Below are positions 47,831-57,410 of a DNA stretch of 64,000 nt, in pieces. The notes beneath the pieces were generated by a model. It was not told the origin of the DNA. It did not search any database and was given only the letters and a program-made list of their open reading frames with translations. Where the stretch lies: NCBI GenBank assembly GCA_045626925.1, contig JAZUQZ010000031.1, positions 11,087-75,086 on the forward strand. The letters are read 5' to 3'. How positions within the stretch are numbered: position 1 is the first letter of the stretch; the number at the start of each line of letters is the position of its first letter. The stretch comes from Candidatus Aphodoplasma sp. (lineage in GTDB: Bacteria; Bacillota; Clostridia; UBA1381; UMGS1253). The position numbers and the translations under genes are program-made.

Positions 47831-48100
47831 ATGAAAGCGGTTATAACGGTTATAGGACATGACAAAGTAGGAATTATTGCTACAGTATCGAATATTTTGG
47901 CAGATGCAAAAATAAATATTTTAGACATATCACAAACGATTATGCAAAATATGTTTACAATGATAATGCTCGTAAACATTGAAAAATGCACAGAAAACTT
48001 TGATGAAATTGCAAAAAAGCTTGAAAATGCGGGCGAACAGATGGGCCTTTCGATTAGAATACAACACGAGGATGTTTTTAACTCTATGCACCGTATCTGA
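47831..48100 (+). CDS. ACT-domain protein (UPF0237 family)
   Basis: The 89-aa translation MKAVITVIGHDKVGIIATVSNILA... is a stand-alone ACT domain. It is paired with the UPF0210 gene, as is common in Firmicutes. Confidence 0.85.
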   Translation: MKAVITVIGHDKVGIIATVSNILADAKINILDISQTIMQNMFTMIMLVNIEKCTENFDEIAKKLENAGEQMGLSIRIQHEDVFNSMHRI

Positions 48101-48146
48101 TGTGCTTTATAAAAAGCAAATATAACTACTAAAGGGTGATTTTTTA

Positions 48147-49511
48147 ATGCTTAATAAGTTTGAAATAATAGAAACAATAAAAATGTTTGAAGAAGAGCAC
48201 CTTGATGTACGCACAATCACGATGGGCATTTCTTTAAAGGATTGCAGTGACCCCGATGTCGACAAAATGTGTGACAAGGTGTATAAAAAAATTACGACAC
48301 TTGCAAAGGACCTTGTAAAAACAGGCGAGGATATTGAGCGTGAATATGGCATTCCGATTATAAACAAGCGCATTTCTGTTACGCCGGCATCATATTTGTG
48401 TGAGCACGCAAAATCAATAGACGATTGTGTAAAAATTGCAAAGACGCTTGATGCTGCTGCAAAGACAACCGGCGTAAACTTTATAGGCGGTTACAGTGCG
48501 CTTGTGCACAAAAGCTATACAAAGGGCGACAAAATGCTTATAGAGTCTATACCTGAGGCGCTTGCGCAGACAGAGCGCGTATGTTCAAGCGTAAATGTGG
48601 CGACTACACGAGCAGGAATCAATATGGACGCGGTTCGCCAGATGGGAATTGTTGTCAAACAGGCAGCGGAACGCACCGCTTCGTCAGGTGGCTTTGCATG
48701 CGCAAAGCTTGTTGTATTTGCAAATGCAGTCGAGGATAATCCGTTTATGGCGGGGGCTTTTCATGGCAGTGGTGAGGGCGAATGTGTTATAAATGTTGGC
48801 GTAAGTGGCCCCGGCGTTGTAAAATGTGCTCTTGAAAAAATCGGAAAAGATGCAGATTTTGAACAGGTTGCAGAAACAGTTAAGAAGACGGCATTTAAAA
48901 TTACGCGTATGGGTCAGCTTGTTGCAAAAGAAGCGTCAAAAAGGCTTGGCGTTCCATATGGTATAGTAGATTTGTCGCTTGCTCCGACGCCTGCCGTTGG
49001 GGATAGCGTAGCATACATATTGGAAGAAATGGGACTTGAAAAGTGTGGAACACATGGCACAACCGCGGCACTTGCATTGCTTAATGACGCGGTCAAAAAG
49101 GGTGGCGTAATGGCGTCGAGCTATGTGGGCGGTCTTTCGGGCGCATTTATTCCCGTTAGCGAGGACGCAGGCATGATTGCGGCGGCAAAATGTGGAGCAC
49201 TTACTCTTGAAAAGCTTGAGGCGATGACATGCGTGTGCTCGGTGGGCCTTGATATGATTGTTGTCCCCGGCGACACAAGCGCATCAACAATTTCTGCAAT
49301 TATAGCAGATGAGGCAGCGATTGGTATGGTTAATACAAAGACAACGGCCGTGCGTATAATTCCTGCACCGGGCAAAAAAATAGGCGATACGGTGGAGTTT
49401 GGCGGACTTTTGGGTAGCGGACCTGTTATGAGCGTTAACAAATATAGCGCCGAAACCTTTATAAATCGTGGCGGAAGGATTCCCGCACCGCTTCATAGCT
49501 TAAAAAACTGA
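48147..49511 (+). CDS. UPF0210 / DUF711 family protein
   Basis: 454 aa. The N-terminus ([24 protein letters not shown]) and overall length are typical of the UPF0210 family. Function unknown. Confidence 0.8.
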   Translation: MLNKFEIIETIKMFEEEHLDVRTITMGISLKDCSDPDVDKMCDKVYKKITTLAKDLVKTGEDIEREYGIPIINKRISVTPASYLCEHAKSIDDCVKIAKTLDAAAKTTGVNFIGGYSALVHKSYTKGDKMLIESIPEALAQTERVCSSVNVATTRAGINMDAVRQMGIVVKQAAERTASSGGFACAKLVVFANAVEDNPFMAGAFHGSGEGECVINVGVSGPGVVKCALEKIGKDADFEQVAETVKKTAFKITRMGQLVAKEASKRLGVPYGIVDLSLAPTPAVGDSVAYILEEMGLEKCGTHGTTAALALLNDAVKKGGVMASSYVGGLSGAFIPVSEDAGMIAAAKCGALTLEKLEAMTCVCSVGLDMIVVPGDTSASTISAIIADEAAIGMVNTKTTAVRIIPAPGKKIGDTVEFGGLLGSGPVMSVNKYSAETFINRGGRIPAPLHSLKN

Positions 49512-49551
49512 TTGCGTTAAAATGAAACAAAAATGGAAGAGATGATATAAA

Positions 49552-50172
49552 ATGAGCGATATATTTGTATATACTTATAGCGTCGAGGCAGAACACGAGC
49601 AATATTTGTATGTAAATCTTACAAACAGATGCACAAACAGATGCACATTTTGCATTCGCACAAACAAAGAGGGTGTTGGCAGTGGCACACATTTGTGGCT
49701 TTCGCACGAGCCAAGCGTAAGTGAGGTAATTGATGCACTAAAAGAGTATGATATTAACAGTTATAAAGAAGTAGTTTTTTGTGGCTATGGCGAGCCGACA
49801 ATGAGAATTGATGAGCTTGTTGAGGTGGCAAAGTGGATTAAGCAAAATTATAAGGTAAAAACGCGCATAAACACAAACGGACACGCGAACGAGTATAATA
49901 AAAAAGATGTTACACCGCTTTTTGACGGGGTGATTGACTCTGTGTCGATAAGTCTTAACGCGTCAAACAAAAAGGCGTATGACGAATGTTGCAAATCGAT
50001 TTATGGCGAAGAAGCGTTTGACATTATGCTTGACTTTGCAAAAAAAGCAAAAGAGCACACAAAGGTTGCCTTGAGTGTAGTCGATATAATTGGCGAAGAT
50101 GAGGTAAAAGCATGCAAAAAGCTTGCTGACAAAATCGGGGTAGAGCTTCGCGTAAGAGAGTATGTAGAATAA
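49552..50172 (+). CDS. Small radical SAM protein (TatD-associated type, family call from memory)
   Basis: CTNRCTFC is the CX3CX2C cluster motif. 206 aa with a GYGEPT glycine-rich SAM motif. Confidence 0.7.
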   Translation: MSDIFVYTYSVEAEHEQYLYVNLTNRCTNRCTFCIRTNKEGVGSGTHLWLSHEPSVSEVIDALKEYDINSYKEVVFCGYGEPTMRIDELVEVAKWIKQNYKVKTRINTNGHANEYNKKDVTPLFDGVIDSVSISLNASNKKAYDECCKSIYGEEAFDIMLDFAKKAKEHTKVALSVVDIIGEDEVKACKKLADKIGVELRVREYVE

Positions 50173-50184
50173 AGAAATAAAATC

Positions 50185-50222
50185 AAAAAAACGGCACTTT
50201 GTTTAAAGTGCCGTTTAATTTT
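50185..50222. terminator. Bidirectional terminator
   Basis: aaacggcacttt gttt aaagtgccgttt. Confidence 0.85.
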
Positions 50223-51980
50223 TTATAAACCTTCAGGGAATGGAATATCAGGCGTTATATCGCCGGATACGGGCGCCGATGAAGGAGATGGAGATGGCGT
50301 TTGTCCGTCCGGGAGCGGCGACGATGAAGGTGCCGGCCCGTCGGTTTTTTCTGCCTCGCCCGTTCCAATTCGCACAACTTTGTTAACCATTGTATATGTG
50401 CTCTTGTGGAGGAATTTGTTTTCCACTTCTTTTCCGTTTTCATATATAATCTTATATGTGTTTACAACATGGCCCTTAAAGCCCGGTGCATCGACAACCG
50501 TTTTGCCAACAGGAAGTGTAGCATCCTTTATTTCGGTTGTTCCGTATGGCTTTGTGCTTACTGTTTGGGTAGTTATTTTTACAGTTTTATTTTTATTCTC
50601 CTGTGTTCCAAGAATTTTTACAGAAACTGTGCCGCCACCCCAAGAGGATACAATTTTGAGCGGAGACGATGTATTGTTTTTAAACCTGAAGTCGAGCGAG
50701 CCATATGCAACAGTTGCGTCCATACCAAGCGGTGCATAACTTACTTCGAGTGAGTGCTCGTGACGCTCCACAACCTCAAGGTCTGCATAAAGAACAGCTG
50801 CATAAAGCGTCGAGCTTGTTTGACATATGCCGCCGCCAAGTCCGTCAACCATTTTGTTATTTTCATATACAGATGCGGGCTTAAAGCCTCTCTCTGCGGT
50901 TCTTTTGCCGACTGTTGTATTATATGAAAACTCATCTCCGGGCAGGAGTATTTTTCCGTTTATATATTTTGCTGCAAGTTCAACATTTGCCGAACGCGGA
51001 ACATTTGATGTCATATATTTTGTTGAAAAACTGCCGAGCACATCATTAAAAAGTGCCATGCTGAGCGCGTCCGCCTTTACTTGTGCTTCTTGCACTATAA
51101 AGGGTATCGAAACATCTGCGGAGCCGGGCTTGAAGTCTTTCAAAAGCCTTTTTGCACCATCGATGTCAAAATATCTTCCATCAACTTCTGCTTCAATTAC
51201 AATATCGTTATCGCGCAAAACATATTTTGCATCCTGTACATCGCGCTTTGTTACATCGTATAGCTCCTGCACATCAATCGCTGCAGGTGTTGTATTTACT
51301 TTTCCAACCACAATTGTTTCATTTGAGCCGGGCAATAACGAATCAAGCACGCGTTTGCGCAATTTTGCCACATCAACACCAAGACCTTCACGCCCTGCGT
51401 GGATCATGATTTCTTTTTCGAGAATATTGATTTCGTGTTGTGTAAGTGTGCCGCCTGCCTCTTTTGCAAAATTATTTAAAACGGCATCAAGCTTTAAATG
51501 GTCATATGACGGCGCATATCCTATGTCTTTTTTTACAAGTTTTGCACCAATCGCGGCAAAAGCGTTATATTTTCCGTACAAAAGCGCTCTGTCAGCCGTT
51601 TTCGCAACATCTACAGACAGCATAATATCCTTTGAATTTATTATTGCTTTGTTGCTTGCACCATCAAGCTTTATTGTTATAGATGTACTTTTGTATGGGT
51701 TATCAATCGCCGAAAGCTGTTCTATGACCTCATCGCGCGTCAAGCCGCTCATGTCGCGCCCATCTATCAAAACACCATCAGCGACAACCGTTTTATCGCT
51801 TGTGAGCGCACCTGTAAGCAAAAATACCAATATACCGATTAAAACAGCGCCAACAACGCACAAGGATATAAGTGTGTTTTTGCTCATTTTTTTTGTTTTT
51901 TTCTTGCGTCGCGCAGCAGCAGACCTTTGAGAGACTTTGTCGGACGGGTCTGTCGCCTTTTTGTTAACATTTTGCCTCAT
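50223..51980 (-). CDS. VanW/YoaR-family protein with N-terminal TM anchor, G5 domain and Pro/Ser-rich C-terminus
   Basis: Start at 51980 (AAGGGG RBS). VanW core GGGICQTSSTLYAAVLYADLEVVERHEHS, then a G5-like segment (TTEIKDATLPVGKTVVDAPGFKGHVVNTYKIIYENGKEV) and a PAPSSSPLPDGQTPSPSPSS tail. Confidence 0.85.
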   Translation of the reverse strand: MRQNVNKKATDPSDKVSQRSAAARRKKKTKKMSKNTLISLCVVGAVLIGILVFLLTGALTSDKTVVADGVLIDGRDMSGLTRDEVIEQLSAIDNPYKSTSITIKLDGASNKAIINSKDIMLSVDVAKTADRALLYGKYNAFAAIGAKLVKKDIGYAPSYDHLKLDAVLNNFAKEAGGTLTQHEINILEKEIMIHAGREGLGVDVAKLRKRVLDSLLPGSNETIVVGKVNTTPAAIDVQELYDVTKRDVQDAKYVLRDNDIVIEAEVDGRYFDIDGAKRLLKDFKPGSADVSIPFIVQEAQVKADALSMALFNDVLGSFSTKYMTSNVPRSANVELAAKYINGKILLPGDEFSYNTTVGKRTAERGFKPASVYENNKMVDGLGGGICQTSSTLYAAVLYADLEVVERHEHSLEVSYAPLGMDATVAYGSLDFRFKNNTSSPLKIVSSWGGGTVSVKILGTQENKNKTVKITTQTVSTKPYGTTEIKDATLPVGKTVVDAPGFKGHVVNTYKIIYENGKEVENKFLHKSTYTMVNKVVRIGTGEAEKTDGPAPSSSPLPDGQTPSPSPSSAPVSGDITPDIPFPEGL

Positions 51981-52238
51981 ACTGAAAAACCCCTTCATAT
52001 ATAATAGCTTATTGTTTATGTATCAAATATAACTTATTTTTTCAAAATTTATATAAAAATATACACAAAATCACATTTACATTTTACTACAAAATATGCA
52101 TAAAGTAAAGAAAAAACGGACTTTTTTAATATTTCATTTGTGTTTCACGATTCCTATAAAACGCCATGTTTTTATAACAGGTATATTTTGGATAGAAAAA
52201 GGATAGAATTATATTAACATTTCGTAACATTTTAATGC

Positions 52239-52323
52239 TTCGGGCACAAAAACTACGAAAATTTTAAATGGAAAAAACCCTGCTGTTATGCGGTTTTCGG
52301 GACACAAACCTCTGAAAATATTA
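52239..52323. repeat. Imperfect direct repeat (about 28 nt, period 57 bp) upstream of the yabE-like promoter
   Basis: TTCGGGCACAAAAACTACGAAAATTTTA (52239-52266) versus TTCGGGACACAAACCTCTGAAAATATTA (52296-52323). Each unit has internal TTTCG...CGAAA-type dyad symmetry. Confidence 0.7.
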
Positions 52324-52342
52324 CAAAAATGTTAAAAAAAGC

Positions 52343-52371
52343 TTGACAAAAGTGTTAATGTGTTGTAGAAT
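52343..52371 (+). promoter_or_regulatory. sigma-A promoter of the yabE-like gene with an embedded WalR-box-like direct repeat
   Basis: TTGACA (52343-52348), 17 nt, TAGAAT (52366-52371). The spacer contains TGTTAA-tgtgt-TGTAGA (52353-52369), compared with WalR consensus TGTWAH-N5-TGTWAH (one mismatch). Confidence 0.6.
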
Positions 52372-52493
52372 GAATGTACCCAAAATCAAAAAATGGTAAA
52401 CTCGCAACAGTAAGCAAGACGATTTTTGTGTAAAAGACAAAATATTATCGATTGGCTTTTATATCGGATTGCTTTGCGAAGAACGGAGGAATT

Positions 52494-53552
52494 ATGAAAC
52501 TTTTAGGCAAATGGCAAAATTCGCATTTGTCACCTCGCAAACTTTTGATAAGTGGTGTAGCAATTACATTGATGATAGTCGTTACTTTTGTTACATTGAT
52601 TGCAGCGGCAAAGTGGGATGTTACATTAAACGACAATGGAAATATTATATCTATTAGCACTACAAAATCTACAGTCGGTGCTATGTTAGCGCAGGAAGGC
52701 ATTGTGCTTGCTGACGATGATTATGTAGTTCCGTCATTAGATACACCTATTAGCGAAGCAAGAGAAGTAACAATCAGACGAGCTTTTGATATAGTGGTTT
52801 GTGATGCAAATGGCGAAAAGGTTTTAAAAACGGCGCGGCCTACAGTTGGGGAGGCGCTTTTGGCATGTGGCATTATATTTGATGAGAATGATGAGATAAT
52901 GCCGTCTGTTGATACACAGACAGTGGAAAACATGAAAATAAGCATAGCGCGCATAGAAGTATGTGAAGTTTCAGAAGAACAAGAAATAAATTATGAAATT
53001 ATCGAAGAAGCATCAGACAAACTTCAAAAAGGTGCTAAAAAGCTTGTAACAAGCGGTAAAAACGGACTTGCGAATGTTAAGTATCGCATTGTTATGCGTG
53101 ATGGCGCCGAGTACTCAAGAGAAGAAATTTCAAGAGAAATTTTGCAAGAGCCTATAAACAAGATTGTTGCAGTCGGCACAAAGGAAAATGCAGTTGCTGT
53201 GGCAAAGCTTGCATCAAGAGGTGGCTCTGTATCAGGAAAGTCAGTATCAAAAGTTATTATTTGTCGTGCGACGGCGTATGACGGTTCATATGAAACACTT
53301 GGTAAAACGAACCCTAAAACATGCCTTGGTCGTACACCTACAGTAGGTACGGTTGCGGTTGACCCAAGAGTTATTCCGCTTGGGACAAGGATGTATATTG
53401 AAACGGTAGATGGCTCGTATGTATATGGTGAATGCTTTGCAGGTGATACGGGTGGCGCGATAAAGGGCAACAGAGTAGATTTGTTTATGGCTTCAAGAGC
53501 GCAGGCACTTTCATTTGGCTCACGCCAGGTTAGAGTTTATATTTTAGATTAG
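52494..53552 (+). CDS. yabE: YabE-like cell-wall protein (TM anchor, 2x DUF348, G5, C-terminal 3D domain)
   Basis: Start at 52494 (GGAGG RBS). Two DUF348-like repeats, a G5-like segment (GAKKLVTSGKNGLANVKYRIVMRDGAEYSREEISREILQEPINKIVAVGTKE) and a 3D domain (ATAYDGS...VAVDPRVIPLGTRMYIE...GDTGGAIKGNRVDLF). Confidence 0.85.
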   Translation: MKLLGKWQNSHLSPRKLLISGVAITLMIVVTFVTLIAAAKWDVTLNDNGNIISISTTKSTVGAMLAQEGIVLADDDYVVPSLDTPISEAREVTIRRAFDIVVCDANGEKVLKTARPTVGEALLACGIIFDENDEIMPSVDTQTVENMKISIARIEVCEVSEEQEINYEIIEEASDKLQKGAKKLVTSGKNGLANVKYRIVMRDGAEYSREEISREILQEPINKIVAVGTKENAVAVAKLASRGGSVSGKSVSKVIICRATAYDGSYETLGKTNPKTCLGRTPTVGTVAVDPRVIPLGTRMYIETVDGSYVYGECFAGDTGGAIKGNRVDLFMASRAQALSFGSRQVRVYILD

Positions 53553-53562
53553 TTATAAAATA

Positions 53563-53626
53563 AATAATCCCCTTAGAATAGAAATGAAACATTTGCTTCA
53601 TCTCTGCTCTAAGGGGATTATTTTAT
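53563..53626. terminator. Bidirectional terminator (yabE-like / mreB-like), long-loop hairpin
   Basis: The 14-bp stem aataatccccttag / ctaaggggattatt encloses a ~32-nt loop, with T-rich flanks. Confidence 0.6.
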
Positions 53627-53638
53627 TGTTTTGTTTGG

Positions 53639-54709
53639 TTATGCACGCACAGAACCGTCAGCAGAATCCATATCATACATATATGAAGATTTGTCGCGCA
53701 ATATGTTTATATTATCAAGTGATGCCCCTGTTCCTTTAACGACGCACGATAATGGGTCATCAGCAAGGAAGACATCGATTCCCGTCTTCTGCGCCAAAAG
53801 CTTATCAAGACCATAAATCATCGCACCACCGCCCGTAAGTATAATTCCGTTTTCAGAAATATCACCGACAAGCTCTGGCGGTGTACGCTCAAGAACCGAG
53901 TGAACAGTGTCAACAATCTGTGACGAAACCTCTTCAAGAGCTTCACGCACTTCTTCGGAAGACACAATAATGCTCTGCGGCAATCCTGTAACAAGACTGC
54001 GTCCACGGATTTCCATTGTTTTTTCTTCTTCCATAGGATATACACTGCCAATTACTTTTTTCATTTCTTCGGCGGTTCTGTCACCGATTATAGCATTGTG
54101 CTTTTTTCTTATATGTCTAATAATTGCATCGTCAAACTTGTCGCCGGCAACCTTTATAGAATTACTTACAACAATACCACCAAGAGATATTACAGCAACA
54201 TCTGTTGTACCACCGCCGATATCAACAACCATGCGTCCGCATGCACGCGCAATATCAAGCCCCGCACCAATTGCAGCCGCAATCGGCTCCTCGATAAGAA
54301 ATACCTGTCTGCCGCCTGCTTGCATCGCAGCATCGATTACTGCTCTCTCTTCAACCTCCGTTACACCACTTGGAACACAAATCATAATCCGTGGCTTGAA
54401 CAAACGGTTTTTTGTAACCTTGCGGATAAAATATTTAAGCATCATTTCGGTCGTCGAATAGTCCGAAATTACACCCTCACGCATGGGGCGTATAGCGACA
54501 ATATTGCCCGGTGTACGACCAAGCATTTTTTGCGCTTCTGCACCAACGGCATACGGTTTTCCCGTTCCTTTGTCAATAGCAACAACGGAAGGCTCGCACA
54601 AAATGATACCTTTATCTTTTACATGCACCAAAACCGATGCAGTACCAAGGTCGATACCGATGTCTTGTGACGAAGCGAACATATTTTTTATTCTTTTAAA
54701 TAGACCCAT
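53639..54709 (-). CDS. mreB: Rod-shape-determining actin homolog MreB/Mbl
   Basis: DIGIDLGTASVLV phosphate-1 motif, DIGGGTTDVAV, and full-length MreB-like translation (356 aa). Confidence 0.92.
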   Translation of the reverse strand: MGLFKRIKNMFASSQDIGIDLGTASVLVHVKDKGIILCEPSVVAIDKGTGKPYAVGAEAQKMLGRTPGNIVAIRPMREGVISDYSTTEMMLKYFIRKVTKNRLFKPRIMICVPSGVTEVEERAVIDAAMQAGGRQVFLIEEPIAAAIGAGLDIARACGRMVVDIGGGTTDVAVISLGGIVVSNSIKVAGDKFDDAIIRHIRKKHNAIIGDRTAEEMKKVIGSVYPMEEEKTMEIRGRSLVTGLPQSIIVSSEEVREALEEVSSQIVDTVHSVLERTPPELVGDISENGIILTGGGAMIYGLDKLLAQKTGIDVFLADDPLSCVVKGTGASLDNINILRDKSSYMYDMDSADGSVRA

Positions 54710-54930
54710 TTTTCAAATTAGCCCCCTTAAAGTAGGTTTTATCAAAAAAGTATTGCTCTAAAAAAGAGCATATGCCATCTTTTATTATATACTATTTATA
54801 AATTTTGTCAATAGTGTGTGATGCACGCGAGGCAAAGTTTTTATAGCTTTTTTTATATATGCTTGCATAAAGGGCTCAAATAATGTAAAATAAAGGTGCG
54901 TTATATAAGCTGTTGTAGGAGCGGATATAG

Positions 54931-55530
54931 ATGTTAAAAATAAAAGAGGCGCTCATTGTTGAGGGCAGATATGACAAAATAAAGCTTTCCTCCATTGTGG
55001 ATACGCTTATTATTACGACGGACGGATTTAGGATTTTTTCTGATAAGCAGAAGCGTGAGTTTATACGCACCATTGCACAAAAGACGGGCATTATTATTCT
55101 TACGGATTCCGATGCGGCGGGTTTTTCGATACGAAATTATATAAAGCAGGGTATTGATAAAAACGCTATCAAGCACGCGTATGTTCCGGATATATTCGGC
55201 AAAGAAAAGCGAAAATCTGCGATGTCAAAAGAGGGCAAGCTTGGTGTTGAGGGAATAGATAAAAAAATAATAATCGATGCGCTTGTTGCTGCGGGGGCAA
55301 GCATAATAGGCGAAGAAAGGGCCGCCAACATAAAAGAAAACGGTCAAAAAATTACAAAGCTTGATTTATATAATGATGGGGTTGTAGGCGGAAAGGAAAG
55401 TGCACAAAAGCGCCGCTTGTTATTAAAGCGTTTGCACTTGCCCGAGAGAATGTCCTCAAATATGCTTATAGATGCGATAAATTCTCTTATAAGTTATGAA
55501 GAATACAAAGAAGTAATAGAAAATCTTTAA
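54931..55530 (+). CDS. rnmV: Toprim-domain protein, ribonuclease M5 (RnmV)-like
   Basis: IKEALIVEGRYDKIKL ... IIILTDSDAAGFSIRNYIK matches the RNase M5 Toprim pattern (E...DxD). yabE and rnmV are neighbours in B. subtilis. Confidence 0.6.
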   Translation: MLKIKEALIVEGRYDKIKLSSIVDTLIITTDGFRIFSDKQKREFIRTIAQKTGIIILTDSDAAGFSIRNYIKQGIDKNAIKHAYVPDIFGKEKRKSAMSKEGKLGVEGIDKKIIIDALVAAGASIIGEERAANIKENGQKITKLDLYNDGVVGGKESAQKRRLLLKRLHLPERMSSNMLIDAINSLISYEEYKEVIENL

Positions 55531-55533
55531 AAA

Positions 55534-55568
55534 GTGTCGGTGCAAAGCTGCATCGGCACAATTTTTTT
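55534..55568 (+). terminator. Rho-independent terminator
   Basis: gtgtcggtgca aagc tgcatcggcac followed by T7. Confidence 0.8.
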
Positions 55569-55654
55569 GTGCTTTGTAATAAAAAGTAAAATAGCTCAAT
55601 ATAATGTAGTAACCTGTACATCTTTGAGTAAAATTATATTGAGGAGGATAATAA

Positions 55655-57133
55655 ATGACCGGAGCAGAAATTTATAAAGATATTGCCACAAGGACCGATG
55701 GCGATATTTACATTGGTGTTGTAGGACCTGTACGCACGGGAAAATCTACATTTATAAAGCGTTTTATGGACTCGCTTGTAATCCCAAATATTGATAGTGA
55801 GTACAAGGCCGCGCGTGCGCGTGACGAGCTTCCGCAAAGTGCGGCGGGACGCACAATAATGACCACCGAACCAAAATTTATTCCAAATGAGGCAGTTGAT
55901 ATCGCACTTGATGAAAATGCGCATATGAATGTGCGTATGATAGATTGTGTCGGTTACATAGTCGACTCTGCTATGGGATACATGGAGGATGGCGAGCCGC
56001 GCATGGTACAGACACCATGGTTTGAGCATCAAATCCCGTTCAATGAGGCGGCAGAGCTTGGTACAAAAAAGGTTATATGTGACCACTCTACGATAGGGCT
56101 TGTTGTTACAACAGATGGCACTATAACCGATATTGCGCGAGAGGATTATGCCGATGCAGAGATGCGCGTTATAAACGAGCTTAAAAGTATTGGAAAGCCG
56201 TTCGTTGTGCTTATAAATTCAACAAATCCAAACGGCGATGCAGCCCAAGCGCTCAAAGAGGAGCTTGGAGAAAAATATGGCGTTGCTACTATGGCAGTAA
56301 ACTGTGCCGAGCTTTCAGCAAAGGATATTCACGATATAATGGAGAGCGTCTTGTTCGAATTTCCTCTCTGTGAAATAACAATAAACACTCCGCGATGGAT
56401 TGATGGGCTTGATATGTCGCATGCGCTCAAACAAGGTGTATATGATGCGATTATTTGTGCAACCCAAAACGCGCACACAATAAAAGATGCAAAATTCGTT
56501 GCCGAGGCTCTTGGGGAATACGATTTTGTAAAATCCGCAAAGATTGATGCGGTAAATCTTGGAAACGGAAGTGTATCAATCGATTTTTATATGCCTGATG
56601 AGCTGTTTTATAATGTTTTAAGCGAGCTGTCGGGGCTCGAAATTGAGGGTGAAGAGGCGCTTATACGATTGATATGCGAGCTTTCTGAAACAAAAAAGCG
56701 CTATGACAAGATTGCATATGCATTGCACGAGGTGTCACAAAAGGGCTATGGCATAGTTTCGCCCACGATTGATGAGCTTACACTTGAGGAGCCGCAAATC
56801 GTCCGCCAGGGCAATCGCTTTGGTGTAAAATTAAAGGCTTCGGCGCCGAGCATACATATGATTCGTGCAGATATTGAAACAGAAGTTTCGCCAATTGTTG
56901 GTTCTGAAAAGCAATCAGAGGAGCTTGTGGAGTATCTTTTGGCCGAATTTGACTCCGACCCAAAGAAAATATGGGAGTCAAATATATTTGGCAAATCGCT
57001 TCACGAGCTTGTAAACGAGGGCCTTCACAACAAGCTTGTGCGCATGCCGGACGAGGCACAGTTAAAGCTTCAGGAAACACTTACAAGAATTATTAACGAA
57101 GGCTCCGGCGGGCTTATTTGTATAATACTTTAA
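55655..57133 (+). CDS. spoIVA: Stage IV sporulation protein A (spore coat morphogenetic ATPase)
   Basis: IYKDIATRTDGDIYIGVVGPVRTGKSTFIKRFMD (Walker A) and a 492-aa length identical to typical SpoIVA. C-terminus GGLICIIL. Confidence 0.95.
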   Translation: MTGAEIYKDIATRTDGDIYIGVVGPVRTGKSTFIKRFMDSLVIPNIDSEYKAARARDELPQSAAGRTIMTTEPKFIPNEAVDIALDENAHMNVRMIDCVGYIVDSAMGYMEDGEPRMVQTPWFEHQIPFNEAAELGTKKVICDHSTIGLVVTTDGTITDIAREDYADAEMRVINELKSIGKPFVVLINSTNPNGDAAQALKEELGEKYGVATMAVNCAELSAKDIHDIMESVLFEFPLCEITINTPRWIDGLDMSHALKQGVYDAIICATQNAHTIKDAKFVAEALGEYDFVKSAKIDAVNLGNGSVSIDFYMPDELFYNVLSELSGLEIEGEEALIRLICELSETKKRYDKIAYALHEVSQKGYGIVSPTIDELTLEEPQIVRQGNRFGVKLKASAPSIHMIRADIETEVSPIVGSEKQSEELVEYLLAEFDSDPKKIWESNIFGKSLHELVNEGLHNKLVRMPDEAQLKLQETLTRIINEGSGGLICIIL

Positions 57134-57142
57134 ATATAAATA

Positions 57143-57175
57143 AAAAAGCACAGAGTGTAAGGCTCTGTGCTTTAA
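57143..57175 (+). terminator. Rho-independent terminator after spoIVA
   Basis: aaagcacagag tgtaagg ctctgtgcttt. Confidence 0.8.
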
Positions 57176-57288
57176 TAAATATGACAAAAAACGCGAAACT
57201 TTCTGTTGCCAATTCGTTTTAAATAACATATGCAGTTGTTAATGGGAAAGAAAATATATGTAAATATATGCAAAAAGACGAAAATCCG

Positions 57289-57317
57289 TTGACAAAACTA
57301 TAAAATATTGATAGAAT
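57289..57317 (+). promoter_or_regulatory. sigma-A promoter of the polysaccharide locus
   Basis: TTGACA (57289-57294), 17 nt, TAGAAT (57312-57317). The ~90-nt leader contains the hairpin gtccat-ttttcg-atggac. Confidence 0.7.
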
Positions 57318-57410
57318 TTAACAAGGTGGGTCCATTTTTCGATGGACACAGTTAAAAGGATGTAAAAAGCACGGTTAAAAAATATTCAAGCGTGAAATAA
57401 GGGGTATAAT

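Noticed and set aside
50827-51930. 367-aa plus-strand ORF antisense to the VanW gene
   Set aside because: The translation is Ser/Phe/Thr-rich low-complexity sequence with no start context. The VanW frame has clear family motifs.
51999-52493. Cyclic-di-AMP (ydaO-type) riboswitch upstream of the YabE-like gene
   Set aside because: Such riboswitches often precede Rpf/YabE-type genes, so I looked for one. The transcribed leader after the 52343-52371 promoter is only ~115 nt. It also lacks the GC-rich pseudo-symmetric ACGGGGA/CCCG elements.
55569-55654. Sigma-E promoter call for spoIVA
   Set aside because: ATA-rich and CAATATAAT-like elements are present, but I could not align them convincingly to the -35/-10 sigma-E consensus by eye. 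No feature is reported.
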